Translations under genes and position numbers: made by a program
Notes under the pieces: model-generated
What the model was told of the DNA's origin: nothing
What the model saw: only the letters and a program-made list of their open reading frames with translations
Database searches by the model: none
Part shown: positions 11,528 to 20,184 of the stretch, in pieces
How positions within the stretch are numbered: position 1 is the first letter of the stretch
Layout: each line of letters opens with the position of its first letter
Assembly: GCA_949287225.1 (NCBI GenBank)
Contig: CASEFP010000060.1
Span: 487 to 64,486 of the forward strand
DNA length: 64,000 nucleotides
Source: an uncultured Lentisphaeria bacterium
GTDB lineage: Bacteria; Verrucomicrobiota; Lentisphaeria; Victivallales; UBA1829
Reading direction: 5' to 3'

Positions 11528-11710
11528 ATACCATAATTTTCTTCTTTTGTCTGCTATTAATTATAAAACAAAAGAACGGAAACGCAATACCATTTTATAA
11601 AAAAAAGTATGTATTTTTCATTAAATAATCATACCAAGAATAAATAATAACCATACCAAATATAAATAATCATAAAATAACTGCACTTTTCCTTGAAACG
11701 GTATATACCA
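11528..11710 (-). promoter_or_regulatory. AT-rich promoter with five ATACCA half-sites and a GGTATATACC palindrome (putative GntR operators)
   Basis: ATACCA at 11528, 11587, 11631, 11653 and 11705; palindrome at 11700-11709. Minus-strand TTGCGT (11587-11582)-N16-TATAAT (11565-11560). Confidence 0.6.
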
Positions 11711-11722
11711 AAGATGCGGATA

Positions 11723-11758
11723 TAAAAATGGAGCGGAACTGCTTGACAGTCCGCTCCG
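11723..11758 (-). terminator. Intrinsic terminator after the 967-aa gene
   Basis: Stem GGAGCGG(A)ACTG / CAGTCCGCTCC with a T tract on the minus strand, 18 nt after the stop at 11776. Confidence 0.65.
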
Positions 11759-11775
11759 TCAAAGATCAAAAAGGA

Positions 11776-14679
11776 TTACATGCCGTCAGTCAGAGAGGCA
11801 TTCTGGCGTATCCTCAGGGAACGAAGTCTGCCTTTGAAGAACTTCAGTTGATATTTTTTTGTGTTGACCTCATTCGGTGAAATGCCGCCGAACATCGCCG
11901 TGGCGGAGGCGGCCGCGCGATTCCTGAATGGAATGCGCTGCGTCCGATCATTCACGCTGAAAGTCATCTGTTTCAGGTCATAAGAAATCCTGACGCGGTT
12001 CCAGACCCCGGACGGGAACGGCAGATCCACGGCCAGATCGGAACAGCGATGATTGAAATTCACTCCCATCGAGGCAAATGAGGCGCGGAGGCGGCCGTTC
12101 ACGATGTAAGTGTCGAGTGAATTCTGCACATGCGCCGTATGCCGGAACAGCGCCTGATTTTCCGGGGAATCGGTTTTCGCCTCAAATTCCAGCGTGAAGG
12201 CTCCGGCGGGAAGGAGATCCACGGGGAATACAAGATAATTGGAAATGCCGTCGAATTCAAGAATCCAGTCGTTTCCTTCGCGTATCCACTTCGGCGCTGT
12301 CGATTGCACGTTCGCAGGCAGGGAGGCAAAACACATCGGGTAGAGATACTGGAAACCGCCGCCGAGCCCCGCGTCATGTTCACGGGAAACGGAATCGGTC
12401 AGCCAGGTCCCGAAATCGGGCGTGAAGCGGTAGCGGACGTCCGGAATCAGGCTGGAAGGAACATTCAGAGTCACCGTTTCCCCTTTCGAGGCGGAGAATA
12501 CCCGCAGCACTTCCGTTTTCTTTCCCGTCTGAACAGGGAAATACAACGGGGAGCGCCATGTCTTTCCGGAGACGGACACAATCCGGATCTGAAACGCGGG
12601 ATTGGGCTCCAGTTCCCGGACGATCGTGTCGAACGCGGCTTCCGGACTGTTCCAGAAAACCGGATGATCGCCCGGCGTGTCCTGAACGGAAAAGTTGACG
12701 AAGGTCCGTTCCGCGAGTTCCACGCCGAACCGCCGTTTCACAAGCAGATCCTTCAACGGAATTTCCGCAGTTCCAAGCCCTGAAATTTCGACTTTGACAA
12801 GAGCTTTGTCCGCCCCTTTCGGAATGCCGAGCAGCATCGCGCTTCCCCGTTTCCAGAAAAGCAGATTTCCGCTGATGCCTTTTCCCTGTTTTTTCCAGCG
12901 CCCGAATCCGGCATAGGGCCGTCCCCACGGCTGGAAGAGGAAATCCGGAGCACCCGGAACCGTCAGCTGGACATCACGGAGCAGATCCTTCTTCGACGAA
13001 AACTGAACCCGGATCAGATCGTATTTTTCCGGATCGAACCGCTTCTCGCGATCCAGCGCCCATACTTCCCGCCCGCGATCCAGAATTTCCACGGAGGCAA
13101 AGGGTTCCGCGCCTTTCAGATCCGCACGGACACGGTAATGCGTGTCATCTTTTTTCTCAATCAGGATGGCGCTTTTCTCAAGACGGAGAAGATCGCGCAA
13201 CCCTTGGCGCGTCTCCTTGAAGTTCCAGCCTTCGACCGGACTCAGGCGTGTGGAGGGAAGCATGTCGAAACGCATGGATTTCCCCCTGTAAGCAATTTCC
13301 AGAGCAGGGATCACAGCACGGTGCTCTGAAAGTTCTTCGCTTGGAAGCTGATACGTTACAGCGGTCAGCTGATCGGCGCGGAAGCGGTCCGGTGCAAAGA
13401 GCTGAATCACTTTGCCGGACTGGTTTTTCAGGATCAGGCGCACCGTAAAGGAATCTTTGTCCGCGGTATCAGGGATGTTCAGGAGTTCAATCCGGTATTT
13501 TTCCCCGAGTTTCACGGTCTCCCGCACAGAGACGGCGAGATTCGGAACCGTGGTATCGTCTCCGGGATTCGGCGCCGACGGAAGTCCTTTCAGGAAACGG
13601 GCGTAAAAACGGATCAGGCGCTGGAGCGTCCGCGAATTCGCCACGGTCGGCTGGAAACTGGTATTCTCGTTGACCTCGTTCCATTCGACCAGCGAAATGA
13701 GATCGGGATTCATCAGAAGAGCGCTGTCCATCGCCTCTCGGAACTGCGAGGTTCCCAGTTCCGCCTCATTGATTCCGCTCATATGCCCGATATAACCGTG
13801 GCGGACATTTACGCCGAAAAGTTTTTTCCGGTTTCCCGCTTCCGCATAAATTTTTTCCATCAGCGGAGCGATGTATTTTGCATCCAGATCCGGATAGAAG
13901 CGCCGTTTCAGCGTATAGTCTCCTTTCGGATTCCGGTCCATGTGGTAGTTGACCCAGATCAGCCCGTCTGCATAGGAGAGTTTCCTCCGGACCGCCTCTT
14001 CGGTTTTCCGCAGGGTTTCCGGGGAGAGTTTTCCCGTCCGGTTGTATTCGGCAAAAACATCCAGCCAGAGATCGTCGAACAGCTGCACATCGGCAAAACC
14101 GTCTTTCGCGAGGCGGGCGCGGATTTCCCGGAAATTCTTTTCCGGGATGGAAACATAGCTGAAGAGCGGAATTTTCCCGTCGATCCGGAGAGTATAAGGA
14201 CTTGCCGCAGCAAGTCTGACCGTGTCCAGATAACGCGAATAAGGAATCGCCGTGCTCCAGGCGAGTCCGGACATGAAACTGAAATTTTGAATCTTTGTCT
14301 GTTTCAGCCAGTTCAGAACAGTCCGGTAGCGCGTGGCGTAGGCGTTCGCAAGCATTGTGAAGCCTTCGATTTCATACTCCTGCGCGGCTTCGACATCCCG
14401 TTTGAATCCGGCAAGCTGCCCGGATGCGCTGTCCCGGAACGTCCGGTTGTGATAGAGCGGCCGGTCGATCCACTCCTCCAGATAATTTCCGGAAAGGTCA
14501 TACGGCTGGATTCTCGCATAAATCATGGGATACGGCGTCACTCTGGAGCGTGCGCCGATCTTCATGGGGGAAGTGACGCTCGTCCGTTCAAAAGGAATGT
14601 TTTTTTCCTCCATTGCAGTTCCCGGTCCGCAGTTCAGGAAGAAGCTAGCGGTCAAAATGCAGAACAACGTTTTATTCAT
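11776..14679 (-). CDS. Secreted protein with an N-terminal GH71/GH99-like TIM barrel and a C-terminal LamG/ConA-like lectin domain
   Basis: Signal peptide. DVEAAQEYEIEGF and EWNEVNENTSFQPT resemble the GH71/GH99 WN(E/D)xxE motif. LEFDGISNYL...FTLEF...WNRVRISYD...FKGRLRSLRI is LamG-like. Confidence 0.6.
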   Translation of the reverse strand: MNKTLFCILTASFFLNCGPGTAMEEKNIPFERTSVTSPMKIGARSRVTPYPMIYARIQPYDLSGNYLEEWIDRPLYHNRTFRDSASGQLAGFKRDVEAAQEYEIEGFTMLANAYATRYRTVLNWLKQTKIQNFSFMSGLAWSTAIPYSRYLDTVRLAAASPYTLRIDGKIPLFSYVSIPEKNFREIRARLAKDGFADVQLFDDLWLDVFAEYNRTGKLSPETLRKTEEAVRRKLSYADGLIWVNYHMDRNPKGDYTLKRRFYPDLDAKYIAPLMEKIYAEAGNRKKLFGVNVRHGYIGHMSGINEAELGTSQFREAMDSALLMNPDLISLVEWNEVNENTSFQPTVANSRTLQRLIRFYARFLKGLPSAPNPGDDTTVPNLAVSVRETVKLGEKYRIELLNIPDTADKDSFTVRLILKNQSGKVIQLFAPDRFRADQLTAVTYQLPSEELSEHRAVIPALEIAYRGKSMRFDMLPSTRLSPVEGWNFKETRQGLRDLLRLEKSAILIEKKDDTHYRVRADLKGAEPFASVEILDRGREVWALDREKRFDPEKYDLIRVQFSSKKDLLRDVQLTVPGAPDFLFQPWGRPYAGFGRWKKQGKGISGNLLFWKRGSAMLLGIPKGADKALVKVEISGLGTAEIPLKDLLVKRRFGVELAERTFVNFSVQDTPGDHPVFWNSPEAAFDTIVRELEPNPAFQIRIVSVSGKTWRSPLYFPVQTGKKTEVLRVFSASKGETVTLNVPSSLIPDVRYRFTPDFGTWLTDSVSREHDAGLGGGFQYLYPMCFASLPANVQSTAPKWIREGNDWILEFDGISNYLVFPVDLLPAGAFTLEFEAKTDSPENQALFRHTAHVQNSLDTYIVNGRLRASFASMGVNFNHRCSDLAVDLPFPSGVWNRVRISYDLKQMTFSVNDRTQRIPFRNRAAASATAMFGGISPNEVNTKKYQLKFFKGRLRSLRIRQNASLTDGM

Positions 14680-15365
14680 CAGTCTCTCTCATAATATTTG
14701 CGGTTGTAGAGGAGCGCATAGTTCTTCCGGACGCTGCCGACATGCCCGTCCACCCAGAGGACATTGGCTCCCAGATTGTGAACCAGAAGCATATTGCTCG
14801 GATTGGCTCCGGAAGGAATTGTGAGGCGGTAATAGGCGTTGGTTTCCCCGAGAAGAATCTTTTCCGAAGGATACTTCACCTGCCGGTAGATCGCCGGAGT
14901 CCATGTTCCCATTCCCGTAACGCTGTAAGAGGAACCGATGTAATTGCCGTTGTAGCCGTAGTTGACATACTGATAGCGGGAATTGATTGCCGGATTGCGG
15001 ACAAGTTCATCGCAGAACGGTTTATTTGATCCGGCCTGATTCAGAATACTGGTGCAGATATAAACCCGGGGATTGGTGATATATCCCAGATCGCGCATGC
15101 CGACCCCCCAGGTCCACTCATATTCCGGCACCTCCGTCCCTGTCCAGCCCATTCCCTTGTACTGCAGCGGAATGAAACTGTCGCGGAAATCGCCAAGATA
15201 AGCGGTAAACGCCATACTGAGCTGATGCAGATTGCTCATGCAGGACGCCTGTCTCGCCTTTTCCCTGGCTTTGCTCAGTGCCGGCAGAAGCATTGAGGCA
15301 AGAATCGCGATGATTGCAATTACGACCAAGAGCTCGATCAGAGTGAAACAAACTCTCCTTTTCAT
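14679..15365 (-). CDS. Prepilin-type N-terminal / H-X9-DG domain protein (DUF1559-like)
   Basis: [37 protein letters not shown]...CMSNLHQ, NYGYN and [24 protein letters not shown], and ATGA overlap with the GH20 stop. Confidence 0.93.
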   Translation of the reverse strand: MKRRVCFTLIELLVVIAIIAILASMLLPALSKAREKARQASCMSNLHQLSMAFTAYLGDFRDSFIPLQYKGMGWTGTEVPEYEWTWGVGMRDLGYITNPRVYICTSILNQAGSNKPFCDELVRNPAINSRYQYVNYGYNGNYIGSSYSVTGMGTWTPAIYRQVKYPSEKILLGETNAYYRLTIPSGANPSNMLLVHNLGANVLWVDGHVGSVRKNYALLYNRKYYERD

Positions 15366-16750
15366 GAAATTTGACCTCCTTCTTTCTTGGATAAACAAAC
15401 TTGAATGTCATTTTTTAAAATCCGGCTGTGTGTTTCACGGAACTCCTTCCAGTCACTCAGACCGTTGTCCAGCCAGAATGCTTCCGCCTCGTGTTCCCAC
15501 TGCTCCAGTTCAGGCAGCAGCGCATCAAGCGGTGCCCTTCCGCTGTTTTCCAGCATGGCTTCATCCCTCCCGACAAATTTTCCGACCTGTTCAAGACAGT
15601 CAATGGTCGAGCTGTGGATCAGGAAGAGTTTCCGCATCCGCTGGTAACGGAGTGCCAGATTCCACCAGCGGCGCGCCTCATATTCGACAGCGTTTCCGGC
15701 GGGAAGTTCAAGAATTCCCGCAGCGGCTTCTGCAAGTTCCACGGGATTCTCCCGTTCCATGATCCGTGTCAGCTTCCCGAAGAATCTGTTCCACGGATGG
15801 CATTTCCAGCGCTCCGGATTCCCTCCCGCGAGAAAGGCGGGAAATGCGCCGTGCCATGGCCCGTAAATGTTCCAGAGACTGCTTCCGCGCGTCCAGGTCG
15901 TATGAATTACGCCGCTATGGTGTTTCGCCGCCCAGCGGTACCATCCCGCCGCGTTCCGGATTCTCGGTCCCGGCGCGCTCTGCACCTGGTAGCAGTGTTC
16001 CCACCATCCGCACATGACGCCGGAAGCCCCCATGACCGTGAGTCCGCTTCTGCGCAATGCCGCCGTGGAAGGATAAGGCGGAACTCCGTCGTAATGCCAG
16101 TCGACCGGAATCGTCTCCTTCGGAAGAGCCGAGGCAAGTTCCATGCGGTTTTCGCGCAGGAAAACATCCGCCCAGATCAGAGGGCGCAATCCCTTCGCCG
16201 AAGCATAAGCGCACAGTTCGGACATGTGATCGGTGTAGAGACGCATTTTATCGTGCACAGCGCACTTCGGACATGTTCCGAGATGCATGGTCTCATCTCC
16301 GCCGAGATGGAGGAAACGGCTCTCCGGATGCAGGGAAACCACCTCGTCAATCCAGCGTTTCAGAAGCTTCCTCACGTCAGGATGCAGCGGGCAGAGTTCG
16401 CTTACCGAATCATTTTCGCGCAGATGGCGGTAGGCATCGTGCTTCAGCAGCCATTCCAGATGTCCAAGCGTCTGAATCAGCGGAATCACCTGGAGTCCGA
16501 GTTGTCCGCAGGCATGCATCAGCTTCCGGTGTTCCATTGACGTATAACCACCGCGCCAGGTGCCGGGCCAGCTTTTCCACGGAATCCGGTCATCATACTC
16601 CCAGACAATACCGTCATAGCCGCACGTTTTCCAGAATTCCAGCTGCGGAAGCATCTTGTCCAGCGAGGGAATCGCACCTTTCAAATCCAGATGGAGCCAG
16701 TTTTTTTCAGGAACTTTTTTATCTTGCATGTTCATCATTTCTTTGTCCAT
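15362..16750 (-). CDS. Glycoside hydrolase family 20 (HexD-like beta-N-acetylhexosaminidase), no signal peptide
   Basis: [21 protein letters not shown] and the catalytic HLGGDE motif. Confidence 0.88.
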   Translation of the reverse strand: MDKEMMNMQDKKVPEKNWLHLDLKGAIPSLDKMLPQLEFWKTCGYDGIVWEYDDRIPWKSWPGTWRGGYTSMEHRKLMHACGQLGLQVIPLIQTLGHLEWLLKHDAYRHLRENDSVSELCPLHPDVRKLLKRWIDEVVSLHPESRFLHLGGDETMHLGTCPKCAVHDKMRLYTDHMSELCAYASAKGLRPLIWADVFLRENRMELASALPKETIPVDWHYDGVPPYPSTAALRRSGLTVMGASGVMCGWWEHCYQVQSAPGPRIRNAAGWYRWAAKHHSGVIHTTWTRGSSLWNIYGPWHGAFPAFLAGGNPERWKCHPWNRFFGKLTRIMERENPVELAEAAAGILELPAGNAVEYEARRWWNLALRYQRMRKLFLIHSSTIDCLEQVGKFVGRDEAMLENSGRAPLDALLPELEQWEHEAEAFWLDNGLSDWKEFRETHSRILKNDIQVCLSKKEGGQIS

Positions 16751-16767
16751 AAAATGATATCACTCAT

Positions 16768-17745
16768 TCATCGTTTCCGTGGCGGAGCGCAGGATTCGCG
16801 GATCAGCAGATTCAGTTTCCGGAATCTGACCGTCGGGGGGCTGTCCGGATGCGCCATGCGGTGGAAGAGGGTCTCGATGAGTTCTTCGACCAGCTGCGTA
16901 AGATCATCCCCGTTTGTTGTAATTGCAGGGAAACAGTACTGCACTTCTTCGATATTATTGAATCCGACGATGGAGAGATCGCGCGGAACGGACAATCCCA
17001 GGCGGGAGGCGGCGTTCAGCACCGCAAGCGCCGCCATGTCGTTCCTTGCAATAACCGCGCTCGGGCGGTCCGGCAGTTTCAAAAGCTCCATCGCCGCCGG
17101 AAAAGCATCCGCAAGAAATCCCTGGCAGGGAATCTGCCACTCGGGACGGAGCTCCATGCCGGCTTCCTCCAGAAACTTGTGGAATCCCGGATATCTCGGA
17201 TCCTGCGGAGTGATTCCCAGCAGACCGATTCTGCGATGTCCCAGATCCCGCAGATACCGGAGCGTCCGGCATGTCGCATCTTCGAAATCATAGAGAATGC
17301 AGTCATATCCCTCCCGCACGCCGCCGTAGATCACGGTCGGGATCTCTCCGGGACGCAGCGGCGGATCGTCATGCGTGGTGATGATGCCGTCCACGCCCCG
17401 GCTCAGCACCGTATCATAGGCCTTTTCCACTTCCGACTCCTGATTCCAGAAGCCGTAAATCCCCGCATATCCGCGAACAAGAAGCCGCTGCTGAAGTTCG
17501 GACATCATCGCGGCGTAAAAGCGGTCGCGTGTCGAATAGGCAAGAACACCGATTGCAAAGGTTTTCCGCGTGATCAGTCCCCGCGCCGTCAGGTTCGGGC
17601 GGTATTTCATTTCGGAGACCAGATTGAGAATGCGTTCACGCTTCGCCTGCGACACGCGGATCGAGCGGCTCCCGTTCAGAACCGCCGACACCACGGAAGG
17701 GTCCACCTGAGCCGCCCGGGCGACATCACGCATCGTCACCGCCAT
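16768..17745 (-). CDS. LacI-family transcriptional repressor
   Basis: VTMRDVARAAQVDPSVVSAVLNG HTH, YRPNLTARGL hinge, LGHRRIG and VPRDLSIVGFN. Confidence 0.96.
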   Translation of the reverse strand: MAVTMRDVARAAQVDPSVVSAVLNGSRSIRVSQAKRERILNLVSEMKYRPNLTARGLITRKTFAIGVLAYSTRDRFYAAMMSELQQRLLVRGYAGIYGFWNQESEVEKAYDTVLSRGVDGIITTHDDPPLRPGEIPTVIYGGVREGYDCILYDFEDATCRTLRYLRDLGHRRIGLLGITPQDPRYPGFHKFLEEAGMELRPEWQIPCQGFLADAFPAAMELLKLPDRPSAVIARNDMAALAVLNAASRLGLSVPRDLSIVGFNNIEEVQYCFPAITTNGDDLTQLVEELIETLFHRMAHPDSPPTVRFRKLNLLIRESCAPPRKR

Positions 17746-17763
17746 CTGATCCTCCTGTCATTT

Positions 17764-17817
17764 CATGATCATTCGTTTGATCATGTATATTATATGCGGA
17801 AAATCCTGATTTGTCAA
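17764..17817 (-). promoter_or_regulatory. Consensus sigma70 promoter with a LacI-type operator at the start site
   Basis: Minus strand TTGACA (17817-17812)-N17-TATAAT (17794-17789), immediately followed by the inverted repeat CATGATCA-AACGAA-TGATCATG (17785-17764) with a central CG. Confidence 0.85.
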
Positions 17818-18043
17818 TGGGGGAATAAAGAAAAAAAACGTTTTTTCCGAAAGAAGCATGTGAAACAATGTAAATCTTGCGGCATTGTCAAGGAAAAACA
17901 ACGCCGTCTCCATAACGAACTTGCCGGGGATTGTTTGCAAAGTATCTCTTTTCCAGGAGGAAACAAAGACGGAAAGACTTGAAAAATATCCCGCAGGAAC
18001 TAGATTATTCCAAACTGCCAAAAAATATGGAGCCTCTCTTTCA

Positions 18044-19825
18044 ATGAAAGCTTATCTCTTTACTCTGCTGGCGGCCGGAGCGGCCTGTTCATCCGCCGGC
18101 GAACTGTCCGGGCTGCGCGCGGAATTCCGCGACAATCAGGTTTTTCTGCAATGGGAGGAAAACAACCTTCCTGCCAATGCGCGCCTTACCGTCTGGCGCG
18201 CACAGAACCCGATTACGGCGGACAACCGCCATTCCGCGGAATGCATCGCCGACGGACTCAATCCCGGCAGTGCGCGCGACTGGTGGCGGGACGTGGACAG
18301 CTTCTATGTCCGGAAGGGGAACAACAAAAAAAGCGAAGAAATTTTTGCCGGAGACGTCGCCGCATCCGGAACGGGGAAACAGAAAGTGCCCGGGTTCATC
18401 ATCAGGGAAAACGGCGCCCCCCTTGCACCGGATTCCGGCCTGCATGTCCACACACCGGAAAAGGCAGGCAGTTTCTATTATGCGGTCAGCTGGAAGGATG
18501 GCATGCACGGCACAGTGAAACAGCTGCTTGCACTGGAATCACGGATCACGGTCGCCGCACCGGGGAAGGCTGTTCCGATCCGGATCGGAGGCAGAGCGCT
18601 TCCCCGGGGGTGTGCAAAAGGGCTGCCGCTGGTGATCCAGCTGCATGGACGCGGCGGCGGCGCCGGGGTTGACTCGAAAGGACGCGCCCGCGGGACACAT
18701 CTGCTCTTTCTCGACCGCACACTCGGATGGAGGGAAGGACTGCCTGTCAAATTCAACGTATCCCTCCGCAAGGACCGTGTCCAGCTGGAACTGTTCGACC
18801 GGGTCTGGATCGGACGCGTCATGAAAGGTCATGAGATCGCCGATGCCCGCGACAAGGTTCCGGCCATCTCCACCTTCTGGCTCGGATACAACATCAATAT
18901 CGGGGAAAGCAACCTCGGCCCTGAGTTCCGCGTGGACAACTATTCGGAGCGGATCATTCTGCATCTGATCCGCTGGGCGCAGGAGTATCTTGGAAGCGAT
19001 CCCATGCGCACGTATGCGGTCGGAGGTTCCATGGGCGGCACCGGCGCGGTGCAGCTCGCAACGCATTTTCCGGAAGTCTTCGCCGCGGTCCGCGCAGATG
19101 TACCGGTCTACAGCTATACCTGGGAGCGCTGTGCGGGAATAGCCCCGAGCGCAACACGAATGGTCTGCAGCTGCGGCCCCTTCTCGAAAGCAAATCCTGC
19201 GCGCCTCCCATCCGGACGCGATCTCCTCGACTACGGCAACGGAGCGAAGAACATCGCGCGCCCCGATATTGACATGCCGCCCATTTTCGCGACAAACGGG
19301 CGCAATGACCGTTCCATCCCCTGGGTGAACAATCCCCCGTTCTACAGGGCTGCCAACGAGGCGCGCCAGGCATTGCGTGTGTTCTGGAACGACGGCGACC
19401 ACGGCATGTCGAAATTCTGTCCCAAGGACATGCGAATCTCCGATCAGGCACTCTTTTCCTATCGCCTCGACCGCTGTTTTGCCGCCTTCAGCAACTGCAG
19501 CGGCAACAAGGATTACGGAAACGGCGATCCGAAACAGGGTGATCCGGTCGGATGGATCAACCGGGGACTCTCTTTCGGTGAAATCACGGAAACCCCCGTA
19601 CGCTGTGAGGTGACGCTCCGCGCCTCCCATCCGGGCATCCGCTATCCGCTCACGGCGGACGTGACGCTGCGCCGCCGCCAGAGTTTCCGCCCGGCGCCGG
19701 GCAGTTTGATCCGCGTAAGCGTCAACGGGAAAACCACCCGGATGACTGTCCCGTCCGGACCATTGACAATTCCGGGCATTGTTTTTCCCGATGCAAAACC
19801 CGTCAAACTGATTCTGGAAAAATAG
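18044..19825 (+). CDS. Secreted alpha/beta-hydrolase (esterase-like) with an N-terminal beta-sandwich region
   Basis: Signal peptide MKAYLFTLLAAGAACSSA, oxyanion region QLHGRGG, nucleophile elbow GGSMGG, and candidate triad Asp (GRND) and His (DGDH). Confidence 0.78.
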   Translation: MKAYLFTLLAAGAACSSAGELSGLRAEFRDNQVFLQWEENNLPANARLTVWRAQNPITADNRHSAECIADGLNPGSARDWWRDVDSFYVRKGNNKKSEEIFAGDVAASGTGKQKVPGFIIRENGAPLAPDSGLHVHTPEKAGSFYYAVSWKDGMHGTVKQLLALESRITVAAPGKAVPIRIGGRALPRGCAKGLPLVIQLHGRGGGAGVDSKGRARGTHLLFLDRTLGWREGLPVKFNVSLRKDRVQLELFDRVWIGRVMKGHEIADARDKVPAISTFWLGYNINIGESNLGPEFRVDNYSERIILHLIRWAQEYLGSDPMRTYAVGGSMGGTGAVQLATHFPEVFAAVRADVPVYSYTWERCAGIAPSATRMVCSCGPFSKANPARLPSGRDLLDYGNGAKNIARPDIDMPPIFATNGRNDRSIPWVNNPPFYRAANEARQALRVFWNDGDHGMSKFCPKDMRISDQALFSYRLDRCFAAFSNCSGNKDYGNGDPKQGDPVGWINRGLSFGEITETPVRCEVTLRASHPGIRYPLTADVTLRRRQSFRPAPGSLIRVSVNGKTTRMTVPSGPLTIPGIVFPDAKPVKLILEK

Positions 19826-20113
19826 ACGGCCGGATCGCCGTTCCCGCCGGATGCGGATCCGCATGACGGGAATTCCGCACTGGACGGCCAGAAGAAATCT
19901 TTTCCTCCAAACGGCATCACAGTTTTTGAGAACACGGGAAGCGGAGAAAGCCTCTCCGTTTTCCGTGGACATCCGCAGAATCGGGTTCATGCGTGCGGAG
20001 CTTCCTCTTCCGCGCATGGACATACTCCGGTTTCCGCGGTTCCGTCTTCCGGAGATTCAAGCCGCAATTCATGATACTGCGCTCAAAAAGGAGGGTTTTT
20101 CCGGTTTCAAAGT

Positions 20114-20142
20114 TTGCATAATGGCAAGAGAGAATGTATCTT
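20114..20142 (+). promoter_or_regulatory. Putative sigma70 promoter of the wecA-like gene
   Basis: TTGCAT (20114-20119)-N17-TATCTT (20137-20142), about 40 nt upstream of the ATG. Confidence 0.4.
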
Positions 20143-20184
20143 ATATCAGAATATCGTTTAAAAAATCATGAGGGACTGGGAATC

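Noticed and set aside
9659-15365. Type II secretion or type IV pilus biogenesis operon
   Set aside because: Only isolated pilin-like genes are present; there is no ATPase, platform protein, secretin or prepilin peptidase in the window.
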